NCBI GenBank assembly: GCA_963704755.1
Contig: OY969938.1
Coordinates: 3,450,001 to 3,482,000 of the forward strand
Direction: 5' to 3'
DNA length: 32,000 nt
DNA from: an uncultured Chloroflexia bacterium
GTDB taxonomy: Bacteria; Chloroflexota; Anaerolineae; Anaerolineales; Anaerolineaceae
Shown here: positions 30,635-32,000 of the stretch, in pieces
Numbering within the stretch: position 1 is the first letter of the stretch
Layout of the letters: each line of letters opens with the position of its first letter
Translations under genes and position numbers: made by a program
Notes under the pieces: model-generated
Told to the model about the DNA's origin: nothing
Seen by the model: only the letters and a program-made list of their open reading frames with translations
Database searches by the model: none

Positions 30635-31788
30635 GCGACCAAGTCCTGTCAAAAAAGGAAACCAAGAAAAAATCAGTAACCCTTTCTGGTGTACCGGCTG
30701 GAAACACTGCAATCTGTACGGTTGGAACCCTGGGGCATGATTTACGCTTCCGAGGGTACGATATCAACGACCTGGCCGAGTTTTCGAGTTTCGAGGAGGT
30801 CGCTTTTTTGCTGGTGCATGGCGAACTGCCCCTGCCTAACGAGCTGGCCCGCTACCGGCGCCTGTTGAAAGACTTGCGGGGGCTGCCGGCCCCGGTGAAA
30901 ACGGTTCTGGAGCAAATCCCGGCGGCGGCGCATCCAATGGACGTGCTGCGCACCGGCTGTTCCATGCTGGGGGCGGTCCTGCCGGAGCGAGAGGATCACA
31001 GCGTGGAAGGCGCCCGCCATATCGCCGACCAGTTGCTGGCGATTTTCCCCTCTATTTTGAATTACTGGTACCAGTTCGCCCATCACGGCCGGCGGATCGA
31101 GGTCGAGACCGATGACGATTCGATCGCCGGGCATTTTCTGCACCTGCTGCATGGGGTGAAGCCCAGCGACCTGTACGAGCACGCCATGGATGTCTCGTTC
31201 ATCCTGTACGCCGAGCACGAGTTCAACGCCTCCACCTTTACCAGCCGGGTAATCACCGGCACCGGCACGGATATGTATTCGGCCATCACCGGCTCGATTG
31301 GGGCGCTCAAAGGCAAGAAACACGGCGGCGCCAATGAGGGCGCCATGGAGTATATCGAGCGTTTCCGCACAACTCAAGAAGCGACTGATGGCGCTCGCAC
31401 CACCCTGGCCAACAAGGGCATCGTATTGGGCTTTGGGCACCCGGTCTATACCATCTCCGATCCGCGGGCTAAGATCCTCAAGGGCCTGTCCTGTTCGCTG
31501 TGTAAGGATTACGGCGATGAAACCCTGTGCGACATTGCCGAGTCAATCGAGTCGGTCATGTGGGACGAGAAGCGCATGTTCCCCAACCTGGATTGGTACA
31601 GCGCGGTGACCTATCACATGATGGGTATCCCCACCTTTATGTTCACCCCGCTGTTTGTGATGGCCCGCACGGCCGGCTGGTCGGCCCACATCATCGAGCA
31701 GCGCCAGGACGGGAAGATCATCCGCCCATCGGCCACGTACGTGGGCCCGTCGCCGCGCGATTATGTCATGATCGACAAACGCAGCTAA
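30631..31788 (+). CDS. prpC: 2-methylcitrate synthase (citrate synthase family)
   Basis: [14 protein letters not shown] and the [14 protein letters not shown] region are citrate synthase motifs. The ATGA start overlaps prpB, and the gene sits between prpB and prpD. Confidence 0.85.
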   Translation: MSDQVLSKKETKKKSVTLSGVPAGNTAICTVGTLGHDLRFRGYDINDLAEFSSFEEVAFLLVHGELPLPNELARYRRLLKDLRGLPAPVKTVLEQIPAAAHPMDVLRTGCSMLGAVLPEREDHSVEGARHIADQLLAIFPSILNYWYQFAHHGRRIEVETDDDSIAGHFLHLLHGVKPSDLYEHAMDVSFILYAEHEFNASTFTSRVITGTGTDMYSAITGSIGALKGKKHGGANEGAMEYIERFRTTQEATDGARTTLANKGIVLGFGHPVYTISDPRAKILKGLSCSLCKDYGDETLCDIAESIESVMWDEKRMFPNLDWYSAVTYHMMGIPTFMFTPLFVMARTAGWSAHIIEQRQDGKIIRPSATYVGPSPRDYVMIDKRS

Positions 31789-31792
31789 AGGG

Positions 31793-32000
31793 ATGGCCCA
31801 ATCCGACCTGAATATTCGTCCCCAGCCCGACCGCGAGCTGGTCGATATTGCTGATTACGTACTGGACTATCCGGTGACCAGCCGGGAAGCGTACGCTACC
31901 GCCCGGCTGTGCCTGATGGATACATTGGGCTGCGGCATGGCCGCTCTGGCCTTTCCGGCCTGCACCAAATTGCTGGGTCCGCTGGTGGCGGGGACGGTCG
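31793..32000 (+). CDS. prpD: 2-methylcitrate dehydratase, N-terminal fragment (runs off the window)
   Basis: Hand translation gives MAQSDLNIRPQPDRELVDIADYVLDYPVTSREAYATARLCLMDTLGCGMAALAFPACTKLLGPLVAGTV, the typical MmgE/PrpD N-terminus. The frame is open to the window end. Confidence 0.8.
   Translation, partial: MAQSDLNIRPQPDRELVDIADYVLDYPVTSREAYATARLCLMDTLGCGMAALAFPACTKLLGPLVAGTV

Noticed and set aside
1-32000. tRNA, rRNA, transposase, integrase or prophage genes
   Set aside because: Reading the intergenic regions turned up no cloverleaf-compatible sequence with a GTTCGAATC-like T-arm. No ORF has DDE, tyrosine or serine recombinase or phage structural signatures. This was a manual scan only, so a small RNA gene could have been missed.

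Overview
GC-rich bacterial chromosomal segment. I saw no rRNA, tRNA, CRISPR array, transposase or integrase. The phylum is uncertain: gene content, a Thr/Pro-rich lipoprotein linker, many small toxin-antitoxin pairs, a DUF559 gene and low-complexity intergenic repeats are reminiscent of Chloroflexota, but this is a guess. About 30 coding regions are supported. Housekeeping genes: class II fructose-bisphosphate aldolase (fba), serC and a prpB-prpC-prpD methylcitrate operon that runs off the right edge. Transport genes: a GPH symporter, an EamA/DMT permease and an MsbA-like ABC exporter. There are two TetR-led operons (TetR with a Tat-exported nitroreductase; TetR with a TcmP-like methyltransferase) and a PPOX-kinase-GNAT cluster. 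Accessory content: two VapBC pairs bracketing an orphan beta-class DNA methyltransferase, an AlkD-like repair protein, a PilZ protein, a lipoprotein with an apparently ligand-less metallophosphoesterase domain, a lone NucS-like PD-(D/E)xK nuclease with an unknown C-terminal half, a DUF559 endonuclease, and a HicB antitoxin next to a truncated HicA-like ORF. The most unusual content is non-coding, and I recognise none of it as a described family. (1) A strand-polar family of octamer-phased GT-rich word repeats occurs in five blocks, with 71-bp and 50-bp higher-order tandem units; opposite-orientation blocks flank an AT-rich core at 4.6-5.3 kb and bracket the nuclease islet at 9.3-12.0 kb. (2) A nested-hairpin element is present as a 141-nt tandem dimer at 27.7 kb and as an inverted monomer at 11.5 kb. 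(3) Three MITE/REP-like hairpin families show compensatory arm changes; several hairpins are capped by GCGAAGC, and one copy has a 10-bp direct duplication. No canonical multi-gene defence or mobile system is evident. All family names are from manual reading and recall, not searches.
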